64,000 bases of DNA from assembly GCA_002504905.1 (NCBI GenBank), contig DATY01000013.1:6422-70421 (forward strand), given 5' to 3'. Made by a program: the position numbers and the translations under genes. Source of the DNA: Euryarchaeota archaeon UBA605 (GTDB lineage Archaea; Thermoplasmatota; Poseidoniia; Poseidoniales; Thalassarchaeaceae). Shown piece after piece: positions 39,033 through 47,658 of the stretch. The notes beneath the pieces are model-generated. The model saw only the letters and a list, made by a program, of their open reading frames with translations, was not told the origin of the DNA and did not search any database. Each line of letters opens with the position of its first letter. Within the stretch, counting starts at the first letter, position 1.

Positions 39033-39082
39033 GACTACAGGATAGGGTCTCCATTTGTTTATGTTGGGGAGAATCAATCCGA

Positions 39083-41068
39083 ATGTTGGATGGTATGATT
39101 CAAGACCTGAGGTCCCTTCATGAGGACATGGTAAAGGTAGGGGGTTGGTCACTTCCAAAGTCTCGTAGGAACGATCCACCCTATTTTAGCAAGACTCAAT
39201 TGGTTGATGTTCTGGAGCAAGTAGCAGTTCTGTTGGAATTATCTGGAGCAAACGGATTCAGAGTGCGTGCCTATCAAAATGCTTCAAGAGCCCTGTCATC
39301 AATGGAAGAAGATTTATTCACAATTATTTCTGAAGGGCGATTACTTGAGGTTAAAGGGATTGGGAAAGGAATTGGTGGACTGATTTCTGAATCAGTTTTA
39401 CTTGGTACATGGGGGGACATGCAATCATTGTATGACAAAGTACCTCCTGGATTAATTGAGATTGTTGGAATTCCTGGATTAGGTCCTAAAAAGGTCAAGG
39501 CGTTATATGATTCATTAGGAATCAAATCTATTGATCAATTGAAGGTTGCATGTGAACTTGATCATATTTCCTCTCTTCCCGGTTTTGGTAAAACAAGTCA
39601 AAAGAAGATTTTTGATGGCATAGATCTTTTAAGACGTTATCAAGGTCGAACTAGAATGGATGTTGGGTTACTTTTTGGTAGTTCTTTGGAGGAAAAAATT
39701 TCTCTATTAGACGGTGTGGAGAAAGCACAACTTGCAGGTAGTGCACGCCGCAGACGTGAAACAATCGGCGATCTAGATATTGTGGTATCTTCATTGGTTG
39801 AAAATCATCAAAAAGTAATTCATCAAATCCTAAGTCTTCCCGGAATAGCTGAGGTTAAAGGATACGGAGATTCTAAAGTTAGCTTAATTCTTGAACAGGA
39901 GATGTTATCAAATTCTATTGGAAATAGTACTTTGGATGAAAGATTGGCAGATACTCTAATTGAGAGAAATAGTGATGCAACAATTGATGCTCAGGTCAGA
40001 ATAGTTACTCCAGAAACTTTCCCTTTTACTCTTGCCTATTTTACAGGTTCAAAAGAACATAATATTAGAATGCGGCAAGAAGCGATTAATAGAGGATTAA
40101 GGCTGAATGAATTTGGCCTATTTCCTGAGTCTTTAGCAGGTTCTTCTATTGGGATGGAAGCCGCAAAACATACATTACTATGTTCTGATGAATCTGAAAT
40201 TTATAAAAATTTAGAAATGCATTGGATTCCTCCAGAAATGAGGGAAGATATGGGAGAAATTGAAGCCGCGTCAATTTCCAAATCATCACTTCCCGATCTA
40301 ATAGTTCCTAAAGATATTAAAGGTGCATTCCATAATCATACAGTCTATTCAGATGGAAGCAATACTCTTGAGGAAATGGCATTAGCCGCACAATCACTAG
40401 GTTGGCAATATTTAGGAATTGCAGATCACTCTGAAACATTGAATATTGGCGGTAGAACAATTGGGATTCCTAGTGATATTGTTCCAAATCAGCGTAATGA
40501 GATTATTAAATTAAATAAAATCTGGTCAGATGAAGGTGTTGATTTCAGATTATTTCATGGTTCTGAGTGTGATATTTTGGCGGATGGTAAACTTGACTAT
40601 TCTGAAAAAGTCAGGAATATATTTTCTCATGTTGTTGGAAGTATACATGCTTTAGGAAGTTGGAGAAATAGAGACGAAATTGAGAATACAGAAATGTTAA
40701 TGAGAGCAATTGAAGATCCTACATTTACAATTCTTGGACATCCAACTGGAAGAATTTTACAGGTTAGAGAAGGAATTCCTATAGATATGCATGCCATAAT
40801 TAGAAGGATGGGTGAATTGAATATGGAAGGAAATCTCAAAGCAATTGAAATTAATGCTTCTCCCTATCGCCTCGATCTTGATTGGCGCTTGTGTAAGTTC
40901 GCTAAAGAACAGAAAGTTCCTATTTGTATTAATCCGGATGCTCATGATACAAATGGACTGAATGATGTTTGGTATGGTGTCCAAATTGCTCGTAAAGGAT
41001 GGCTCGAAAGTTCAGATATACTGAATACAAAATCTGGTTCTGAAATTGAATCTCTATTCAACGTTTGA
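39083..41068 (+). CDS. polX: Family X DNA polymerase with C-terminal PHP phosphoesterase domain
   Basis: It has HhH regions. GSARRRRETIGDLDIVV is the Pol-beta nucleotidyltransferase motif. The PHP motifs are FHNHTVYSDGS, IADHSE and NPDAHD. The start is uncertain, with ATGs at 39083, 39095 and 39128. Confidence 0.88.
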   Translation: MLDGMIQDLRSLHEDMVKVGGWSLPKSRRNDPPYFSKTQLVDVLEQVAVLLELSGANGFRVRAYQNASRALSSMEEDLFTIISEGRLLEVKGIGKGIGGLISESVLLGTWGDMQSLYDKVPPGLIEIVGIPGLGPKKVKALYDSLGIKSIDQLKVACELDHISSLPGFGKTSQKKIFDGIDLLRRYQGRTRMDVGLLFGSSLEEKISLLDGVEKAQLAGSARRRRETIGDLDIVVSSLVENHQKVIHQILSLPGIAEVKGYGDSKVSLILEQEMLSNSIGNSTLDERLADTLIERNSDATIDAQVRIVTPETFPFTLAYFTGSKEHNIRMRQEAINRGLRLNEFGLFPESLAGSSIGMEAAKHTLLCSDESEIYKNLEMHWIPPEMREDMGEIEAASISKSSLPDLIVPKDIKGAFHNHTVYSDGSNTLEEMALAAQSLGWQYLGIADHSETLNIGGRTIGIPSDIVPNQRNEIIKLNKIWSDEGVDFRLFHGSECDILADGKLDYSEKVRNIFSHVVGSIHALGSWRNRDEIENTEMLMRAIEDPTFTILGHPTGRILQVREGIPIDMHAIIRRMGELNMEGNLKAIEINASPYRLDLDWRLCKFAKEQKVPICINPDAHDTNGLNDVWYGVQIARKGWLESSDILNTKSGSEIESLFNV

Positions 41069-41310
41069 TAATGTTCATCATTAGGAGTCTCTTCGATTAT
41101 GACATGAGTGTCACAAGAGGGTTGATTTTTTCTTTAGTCTCAATGATTCCTGCCATGATATTAGGATTAGTTTCTTACATATTATTAGGGGGTGTGACTA
41201 GTTCTCCAGATAGTTCAGATTTTATGTTTGGTCCATGTTATGGGGTGCCATTTTTTATCATTATTCTAGCATTTATCTACGGTTTTAGAGAACAACCGGA
41301 GTTGGAATAA
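41065..41310 (+). CDS. Small two-TM membrane protein
   Basis: An 81-aa ORF that overlaps the polX stop by 4 nt and the nth start by 1 nt. It has two hydrophobic helices. Confidence 0.5.
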   Translation: MIMFIIRSLFDYDMSVTRGLIFSLVSMIPAMILGLVSYILLGGVTSSPDSSDFMFGPCYGVPFFIIILAFIYGFREQPELE

Positions 41311-41954
41311 TGAAACGCTCTGAAAAAGCAAATAGAATTGGAAAAATTTTGGATGATTTATACCCGACTCAACCAATACCTCTTGATCATAAAGATGCAT
41401 ATACATTACTGGTTGCAGTAATGTTATCTGCTCAAACTACTGATAAGAAAGTGAATGAAGTTACTCCAAATTTATTCTCAAGAGCGGATAATCCTGAGAA
41501 AATGTCAAAACTGAATGTAGATGAAATCCATGAGATAATTCGTGAGATAGGATTGGCCCCTACCAAGGCTAAGAACCTAAAGAAGATGGCAGAACAGATT
41601 CTAGAAGGTGGTGGCGAAATAATCCCAGATTGGGATTTTTTAGAATCATTAGCTGGTGTAGGGCATAAAACTGCAAGCGTTGTAATGTCGCAGGCATTTG
41701 GAATTCCTGCATTTGCAGTCGATACTCATATCCATCGACTGGCTTATAGATGGGGCTTATCAAATGGAAAAAATGTACAAACTACTGAAAAAGATTTGAA
41801 GAAAGTATTCCCAGAAGATACTTGGATTAGGAGACATTTACAGATTATCTTTTTTGGAAGAGAATATTGCCCTGCAAGAAATCATGATTTAAGCGAATGC
41901 ATGATATGTGGCTGGGCTTCATCAAAAAAGATGATAAAGGAAAGTAAAATTTAA
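41310..41954 (+). CDS. nth: Endonuclease III (HhH-GPD DNA glycosylase/AP lyase with Fe-S cluster loop)
   Basis: LVAVMLSAQTTD, the HhH segment LAGVGHKTASVVM, VDTHIHR and the C-terminal Cys cluster CPARNHDLSECMICGW are present. Confidence 0.92.
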   Translation: MKRSEKANRIGKILDDLYPTQPIPLDHKDAYTLLVAVMLSAQTTDKKVNEVTPNLFSRADNPEKMSKLNVDEIHEIIREIGLAPTKAKNLKKMAEQILEGGGEIIPDWDFLESLAGVGHKTASVVMSQAFGIPAFAVDTHIHRLAYRWGLSNGKNVQTTEKDLKKVFPEDTWIRRHLQIIFFGREYCPARNHDLSECMICGWASSKKMIKESKI

Positions 41955-42223
41955 CTCTTAATTTTAATGAATATACCACCAACTAGGAAAAAAGTGCCTA
42001 AAAGAAGTGAAGGTAGTTGTATACTAGATACTGAATCACTTAATTTTCTTCCATTCTCACATTCTCCTTCATCCAAACCAGTAAGTTGTCCTATTGTTCC
42101 GATATCCGAGTCACATTCATTTTGTATTCTTTCATCAATATATCCAACCAATAAAACTGTAACTAAGAATGATATTAATCCAATCACGCCTAATATCATA
42201 GAAAATAGCCCTAACTTACTCAT
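41951..42223 (-). CDS. Small membrane protein (two TM)
   Basis: It is 90 aa with hydrophobic N- and C-terminal helices flanking an acidic, Cys-containing loop. It is a convergent 4-nt overlap with nth. Confidence 0.45.
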   Translation of the reverse strand: MSKLGLFSMILGVIGLISFLVTVLLVGYIDERIQNECDSDIGTIGQLTGLDEGECENGRKLSDSVSSIQLPSLLLGTFFLVGGIFIKIKS

Positions 42224-42301
42224 GACTCATAGCAACATGTTCTTGTTATTGAATACTGCGAGTATACGAGCATTCATCATCTAATTACTTCTGCGAGTAT
42301 T

Positions 42302-42787
42302 ATGAGTAATGAACCTGTAACACTAGAAGTTGGTCAAAAAGCGCCTGATTTTGATGCCCATATTACTAATGGGGATAATATTAAACTCTCAGATATTTTG
42401 TCATCTGGTCAGAAAGTAATACTTTACTTCTATCCAAAAGATAGTACTCCTGGATGTACTGTACAAGCCTGTGATTTCAGAGATAATTTTTCAAGACTTC
42501 AAAACGCTGGATTCAAAGTTATTGGCGTATCTAAGGATTCTTCGAAATCTCATCAGAAATTTATAGACAAACATGAATTACCTTTTGATTTGATTGTAGA
42601 TTCTGAAATTGAACTTCATGAATTATACGGAGTTTGGAGAGAAAAAATGAATTATGGAAAAAAGTATATGGGAGTTTCTAGATCTACATTTGTTATCGAT
42701 GAAGAAGGTTCTCTAATCTTTGTAGGTTACAACGTTAGAGCAAGCGGCCATGTAGAAAGATTGGTTAAAGAACTAGGCTTAGAGTGA
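42302..42787 (+). CDS. bcp: Peroxiredoxin, Bcp type
   Basis: YFYPKDSTPGCTVQAC is the PxxxTxxC peroxidatic motif with a resolving Cys 5 residues later. Confidence 0.92.
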   Translation: MSNEPVTLEVGQKAPDFDAHITNGDNIKLSDILSSGQKVILYFYPKDSTPGCTVQACDFRDNFSRLQNAGFKVIGVSKDSSKSHQKFIDKHELPFDLIVDSEIELHELYGVWREKMNYGKKYMGVSRSTFVIDEEGSLIFVGYNVRASGHVERLVKELGLE

Positions 42788-43644
42788 TTTTAATGGATAT
42801 TAATCAAAGAAGAGAAATTGTGTCTCGTTTTCTTCGAAGATGTGTAACGTATGCAGATTCATCAATAGAAAGGAAAAAATCTAGAGGTGAAGATTCATCA
42901 GAAATTTCTAACTGGGAAAATTATAGGCAATTCACGTCATTCTCCGCATCAGAAGTAGAATCGGGAGAGTTGGACACATGGTTAGAAGATGGAGATTATA
43001 GATCCGAACCAAATGGATTTTCTGCTCTTTCAGATAATAGGAGATATCTCACTCTTGAAGAAATTTCTCACGAAGAAAGGAGAAATTTACTAGCGTCTTT
43101 GTTGATGCCAAGACCCATTTCATTAGTAGCAACAAAGAGCTCCAAAGGAATCCACAACCTTGCTCCCATGTCGTCAATAGGAGTAGTTTCTAATTCACCT
43201 CCAATCGTTACAATCAGTCTCTCAAAGAGTCGTGAAGGTAAGGAAAGAGATACTTTGGTAAATCTTAGAGATCAAGGTATAGGGTCATCATGTATGATTT
43301 TTATTCTGCCAGCTACTCTTGAATCAGCAAAAAATGTTCAACTAACCTCCACTAGGTCTCCAATTGAAGAATCTGAATGGGATTTAATCGATGAAGAAAT
43401 GATAATCGAAAATGAAATGCCGATTTTACCTTCTGCAATGGCAGCTATGAGGTGTAAATTGATGGAAATTCATCCTTTACCAGGAGGTTCTTTAGCATCT
43501 CTAGCGATATTAAAAGTTGAGTCAATTATCACTTCTGATGATTTTTCATCATCAAGTGAAATACAAAAGCTAATGCAGATTGATTTCAATAAACTTGGTC
43601 CTAGCTCCAATAAAAATGATTGGAACTTTGAAGTTGACTATTAG
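42784..43644 (+). CDS. Flavin reductase-like (FMN-binding split-barrel) domain protein with an N-terminal extension of ~100 aa
   Basis: LLMPRPISLVATKSSKGIHNLAPMSSIGVVSNSPPIVTISL matches the Flavin_Reduct domain start. The GTG at 42784 overlaps the bcp stop. An alternative ATG lies at 42793. Confidence 0.6.
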   Translation: MILMDINQRREIVSRFLRRCVTYADSSIERKKSRGEDSSEISNWENYRQFTSFSASEVESGELDTWLEDGDYRSEPNGFSALSDNRRYLTLEEISHEERRNLLASLLMPRPISLVATKSSKGIHNLAPMSSIGVVSNSPPIVTISLSKSREGKERDTLVNLRDQGIGSSCMIFILPATLESAKNVQLTSTRSPIEESEWDLIDEEMIIENEMPILPSAMAAMRCKLMEIHPLPGGSLASLAILKVESIITSDDFSSSSEIQKLMQIDFNKLGPSSNKNDWNFEVDY

Positions 43645-43650
43645 TGATAT

Positions 43651-44124
43651 TCAAGGGTCATGTTCTAATACCTTCATACCCAATCTGTGTTTTTTTGTGT
43701 CTACTCTCATTCCTAATCCTGGAATCATTAATAGTGAATCATCTTCATTAAGTGAAAAAACCGGTATATTATTTATTTCTCCCAAACTCTCTACTCTTCT
43801 CTTACAAACTTCTTTCTGACTTGGCATATGCGACAATGAGGTTAAATCTACCAGAACCATACTTCCTTTTGAAATTTCATTTTCCATTCCATCAAGTTGG
43901 ATTCTTTGATATTTATCTGGTTTTAAATAGACTACATTTTTTTGAGCCTGAGGGATTAATCTTTCAGTCCTCTCAGACCATAAAGAATCACCTAAATCAT
44001 GAAAGTCTGCTCTAGAACTTGATCTAGGACCTGGATTAGCCGAAGGCTGGAGTTTTGTTTTAGAATCGCTAATAACGTTCTTCTTAGGATCAGGTAAACC
44101 AAGGAGTTTGAATAGGTTTACCAT
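43651..44124 (-). CDS. sepF: SepF-like cell division protein (tentative)
   Basis: It has an N-terminal amphipathic MVNLFKLLGL, a disordered linker and a C-terminal domain of about 85 aa. That domain, SKGSMVLVDLTSL...VESLGEINNIPVFSLNEDDSLLMIPGLGMRVD, resembles the archaeal SepF layout. Confidence 0.5.
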   Translation of the reverse strand: MVNLFKLLGLPDPKKNVISDSKTKLQPSANPGPRSSSRADFHDLGDSLWSERTERLIPQAQKNVVYLKPDKYQRIQLDGMENEISKGSMVLVDLTSLSHMPSQKEVCKRRVESLGEINNIPVFSLNEDDSLLMIPGLGMRVDTKKHRLGMKVLEHDP

Positions 44125-44132
44125 AACCCGCC

Positions 44133-47100
44133 CTATTCCTCTTCACCAATTAGTTCTTCTATCTCAGAAGCACTCAAAACCTCGTTTACAGCGAGATTTT
44201 TATCTTCCAAATCTATATTTTCAATATCAAAATCTGACTTTTGTTCAATGTTTATATCCAAAACTAAGTCTTTATCTATCTCATCTTCTTTAATTTCAGG
44301 TTTATTTTGATCTTCTTTAATTCTTTTCTTACTGATTTTCTGTTTCTTCTTATCTTCACTAAATGGGTCGTATTCAGGATCATCAAATGCATCATCTATT
44401 GACCCTTTGGAAGGAACCTTAAATTCATCATGTTCGGTTCTTTTTCTTTTCTTCATTATAGCCGGTATTCCTGCTATTGTCAATATTAGAATTGCAATTA
44501 TTAAAATTCCTAATGGACTTAGAATGAAACTTGTTATAGAGAATGGCTTTTCTTCTACCTGGATAGTAAGTCTAATTGAATTTGTGGCATCTCCATCATC
44601 TACAGTTAGTTGTACTATAATACTGCCAGCATTATTAAATTCCCATTCTACTATTTTACCTAGAATATCATTATCATTGGTTTTATCTCCATCTCCATCA
44701 CTATCTCTTGAAACATCCATATCCCAAGAATAGATCATATTTTCCATATCATTTATTGAGTCCATTGTGCCATTACCTGAAAAAGTAACCAAATCACCTG
44801 AAGTAGGATTCCATTCACTAGTAGTGATTCCAACATTTGGTTTAACATTCCTGATGTCAATATTTATTTCTGCACTTGCAACTGCTCCATCATTGTCTGT
44901 AACGTGGAAAATTATATTTTCTGGAGCCGTGTTAGAATCCGGCCATGAATAACTCAAATCAAATGACTCAATATCACAATCATCGATTTCCGAACCTTGA
45001 TTATCTGAGTTAACTAATGGATCTAAATCATAGCAAGGAGTTAATGATTGTAAATCATTTAGCGTATCATCTGCAATTATCGACATCTCTATTTTTTGAT
45101 CTTCTGCCACTGGAAGAGGTTGAGAGAATGGTCTGATAGTCGGCTCTACATTGTTTACTCTAAATGGAACTGTCATCAAATCAGTGCTTTCATCATCATT
45201 ATCAAAGACCTGGAATGTGGCAATATGTTGGCCATCAGTTTCGTAAATAACCTCAATTTGACTAACGGCTATATTTTCTTGTATAATTTCTAATTCAGGT
45301 TTTTCTTCAGCATCTGGAGACCAAACGTGCCTCAATGTAGACATATCATTTTCTGAATCTTGAGCCCAACCTCTAATCGTAAGTTGGTCTCCTTCGTTTA
45401 CTGTGTAAAGTCCGAATGAGTTAGGAATCATTCTGTTGTTCTCGAATGTTACTTCCCATTCAGGATTGTACGGCGCTATATTAGTGACATCTATCGTATA
45501 TTCCTCTGTTATTGTAGCTCCATCATCATCTGTAGCATCAACTTGTATAGTATACGGTCCTTCTTGGTCTAAGGTTACTGTACACTTTATTCCCAATGTT
45601 GTACCCTGTTCACAAGGTGCATTCCAAACAATATCTACTGGTGCATTTGGTGTTTGTGTATCCAAATCAATTCTATCTGTAATTTCAAATGTAATCGGAG
45701 AAAGAACTGGAATGGTCTCAGACTCTGCTTCTAAAATGATCTCAGGATTTCTGTTTAACACTGTAATAACGCTATTAACTGCATCAAAATCATTCTCTCC
45801 ATCAGTTACTACCATGTAGACATTAAAAATTCCATCATCATCCCAAGTATATTCGTAAATACAATCTTCTTCTTCTGATGTAATAATATTACCCTCTAAA
45901 CTCTCTAAAGAAAATGTGCAATAGAAATTCCCTCCATCAGGATCATAAGAATTTATTCCATTAATTGTTAACTCGTCTAGTGTTAATATTTCTTCTGCCA
46001 TTGATAACAAGGCAACGGGGATAGATCCTATGAAGAGTATAAATTCTCCTTCATTATTTGTTGAATCCCCATCATTAATATTGATATCAAATGAGGTTAC
46101 AGTCTCACCAAATGGTTGATTCGAAGGTACTGTCCAAGATACCTCCACTCTTGCTTCTTCAAGACTTGAGAGCGCAGGGATATTAGCATTTGTTGTGGTG
46201 CCGTCTGGTCCTTCGATTTCAAGAATAGTTGGGGGAGAGAATCTCAATCCTCTATTAATGACAGGTATGCTAAATGTTATTGAATCATCTCTGATAGCAT
46301 TAAAACCCACATTTTCATCTAAAGTTAGAGTTAGATTTTCACGAGTTCTTTCTACAGAGACTCCATCTTGATTTACATATAAATCGATTTCATATACGTT
46401 TGGATCTATAGTTACAGTACTTGCGCTGGTATGAGGATTAGGGGAATTAATCCATGCTAAGATTCCATGACTGCCTAGATCATCTCCAGAGTTCGAATAA
46501 TCAGGAGATGAACCTGTATTGAAGGTAACATAGGCGCTCCCATTAGATGCAGTAGTAATAGTCTGAATATTTCCTTCTATTTCATATCTAAATTGCAGCT
46601 GTTCATTTGCCAAAGGATTACCATTACTATTAGTGACATTAACCCATGCTGCAATTTCCATATCAATTGGCGACAGCGGGAATTCAACATCTATACTGAC
46701 GACTTTCTGCCTACTTGTAGCTTGATATGAAGAAAGTGAATGAACTGCTGTAAATCCTAAACTCTCAATTGTTTCCATCTTTACATCGCCTCTCACTGCA
46801 GGACAGAACCATTTGTAGCCGGTTTCATCTCCATCTGCATTAGTACTAGAGATATTGTAAGAAGTTGCACAGCTGGCATAGCTAACTCCAGAAAATCCTT
46901 GACTAACTATCTCATAGTTTGCAGTTCTTTGTGAAACCGTATCTTCAGGAATATCCACATAATCACTAGATCCATCATAAGTTGTAGTTACGGTATAATC
47001 TTGGTTCCATGATTCTCCAACAGATAATGGAAAATCATATCCTTCTAATGGTGGAGAATAACTTTGATCAACCTCCAAAGTACCTACCGAGACGTCAATA

Positions 47101-47600
47101 CACCACCATAAAAAGTCACGACAGAAATTGATATCAATTGATGCTTCCTGAGAAACTGTTGCCAAATCTGATGCCCTTATAATCGAAACAGTATCCATAT
47201 TTACTTCTAAGTCTCCTGGTTGTCCATCTAAATTGATATTATTTGCCTCATAATAGCCTTCAGACTCGACTTTGTAAACTAAACTGGAACTATTATCCAC
47301 CGTCGTGATGTATATCTCAGTTACAGTGCTTTGAAGTGTTCCTGTCAAGGTCTGTAGGTTTGTATTTACTCCAGAATCAACAATAAAATCTACCATATCT
47401 AGGTATCCATTGTAGTTCCATCTATCATTAATTTTCCAAGCAGGAATATCAATTAAATTATTATTTTTTGAAATTGATTCGATTTTTATATCATTATTTT
47501 CCTCTAGTTCAGAATGAATTTCAGGCGAGTAAATACCTGAAAATATAGAAAATATTAGTAAAAATACTAACGAATATGTCAACCTATCTTGAGAGCGCAT
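44133..47600 (-). CDS. Giant surface protein (1155 aa) with multiple PKD-like domains, C-terminal TM anchor and 106-aa charged cytoplasmic tail
   Basis: It has a signal peptide and at least five repeats of PKD type (...VTDGENDFD..., ...ATDDDGATITEEYTIDVTN..., ...VFDNDDEST..., ...VTDNDGAVASAEINIDIRN..., ...TVDDGDATNS...). The TM is ILSPLGILIIAILILTIAGIPAIM, followed by a KKRKR...GEEE tail. Confidence 0.88.
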   Translation of the reverse strand: MRSQDRLTYSLVFLLIFSIFSGIYSPEIHSELEENNDIKIESISKNNNLIDIPAWKINDRWNYNGYLDMVDFIVDSGVNTNLQTLTGTLQSTVTEIYITTVDNSSSLVYKVESEGYYEANNINLDGQPGDLEVNMDTVSIIRASDLATVSQEASIDINFCRDFLWWCIDVSVGTLEVDQSYSPPLEGYDFPLSVGESWNQDYTVTTTYDGSSDYVDIPEDTVSQRTANYEIVSQGFSGVSYASCATSYNISSTNADGDETGYKWFCPAVRGDVKMETIESLGFTAVHSLSSYQATSRQKVVSIDVEFPLSPIDMEIAAWVNVTNSNGNPLANEQLQFRYEIEGNIQTITTASNGSAYVTFNTGSSPDYSNSGDDLGSHGILAWINSPNPHTSASTVTIDPNVYEIDLYVNQDGVSVERTRENLTLTLDENVGFNAIRDDSITFSIPVINRGLRFSPPTILEIEGPDGTTTNANIPALSSLEEARVEVSWTVPSNQPFGETVTSFDININDGDSTNNEGEFILFIGSIPVALLSMAEEILTLDELTINGINSYDPDGGNFYCTFSLESLEGNIITSEEEDCIYEYTWDDDGIFNVYMVVTDGENDFDAVNSVITVLNRNPEIILEAESETIPVLSPITFEITDRIDLDTQTPNAPVDIVWNAPCEQGTTLGIKCTVTLDQEGPYTIQVDATDDDGATITEEYTIDVTNIAPYNPEWEVTFENNRMIPNSFGLYTVNEGDQLTIRGWAQDSENDMSTLRHVWSPDAEEKPELEIIQENIAVSQIEVIYETDGQHIATFQVFDNDDESTDLMTVPFRVNNVEPTIRPFSQPLPVAEDQKIEMSIIADDTLNDLQSLTPCYDLDPLVNSDNQGSEIDDCDIESFDLSYSWPDSNTAPENIIFHVTDNDGAVASAEINIDIRNVKPNVGITTSEWNPTSGDLVTFSGNGTMDSINDMENMIYSWDMDVSRDSDGDGDKTNDNDILGKIVEWEFNNAGSIIVQLTVDDGDATNSIRLTIQVEEKPFSITSFILSPLGILIIAILILTIAGIPAIMKKRKRTEHDEFKVPSKGSIDDAFDDPEYDPFSEDKKKQKISKKRIKEDQNKPEIKEDEIDKDLVLDINIEQKSDFDIENIDLEDKNLAVNEVLSASEIEELIGEEE

Positions 47601-47609
47601 AGCGCTCTC
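47591..47609 (-). promoter_or_regulatory. Perfect 8-bp GC-rich hairpin (GAGAGCGC-UAU-GCGCUCUC on the mRNA strand) enclosing the start codon of the giant surface protein gene
   Basis: Read directly. The plus strand is gagagcgc ata gcgctctc. The AUG (47598-47600) occupies two loop positions and the first base of the 3' arm. Confidence 0.5.
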
Positions 47610-47658
47610 GCGCGGTTAGGTATTCATCAATCTCGCGATTGAAGATTCTCAAACATTC

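Noticed and set aside
39033-39179. Head-to-head overlap of the maximal ORFs 38685-39179 (minus) and 39083-41068 (plus)
   Set aside because: Divergent genes overlapping by ~100 nt at their 5' ends is implausible. The hydrophobic core of the minus-strand protein begins at the internal Met (39032). The exact polX start remains uncertain.
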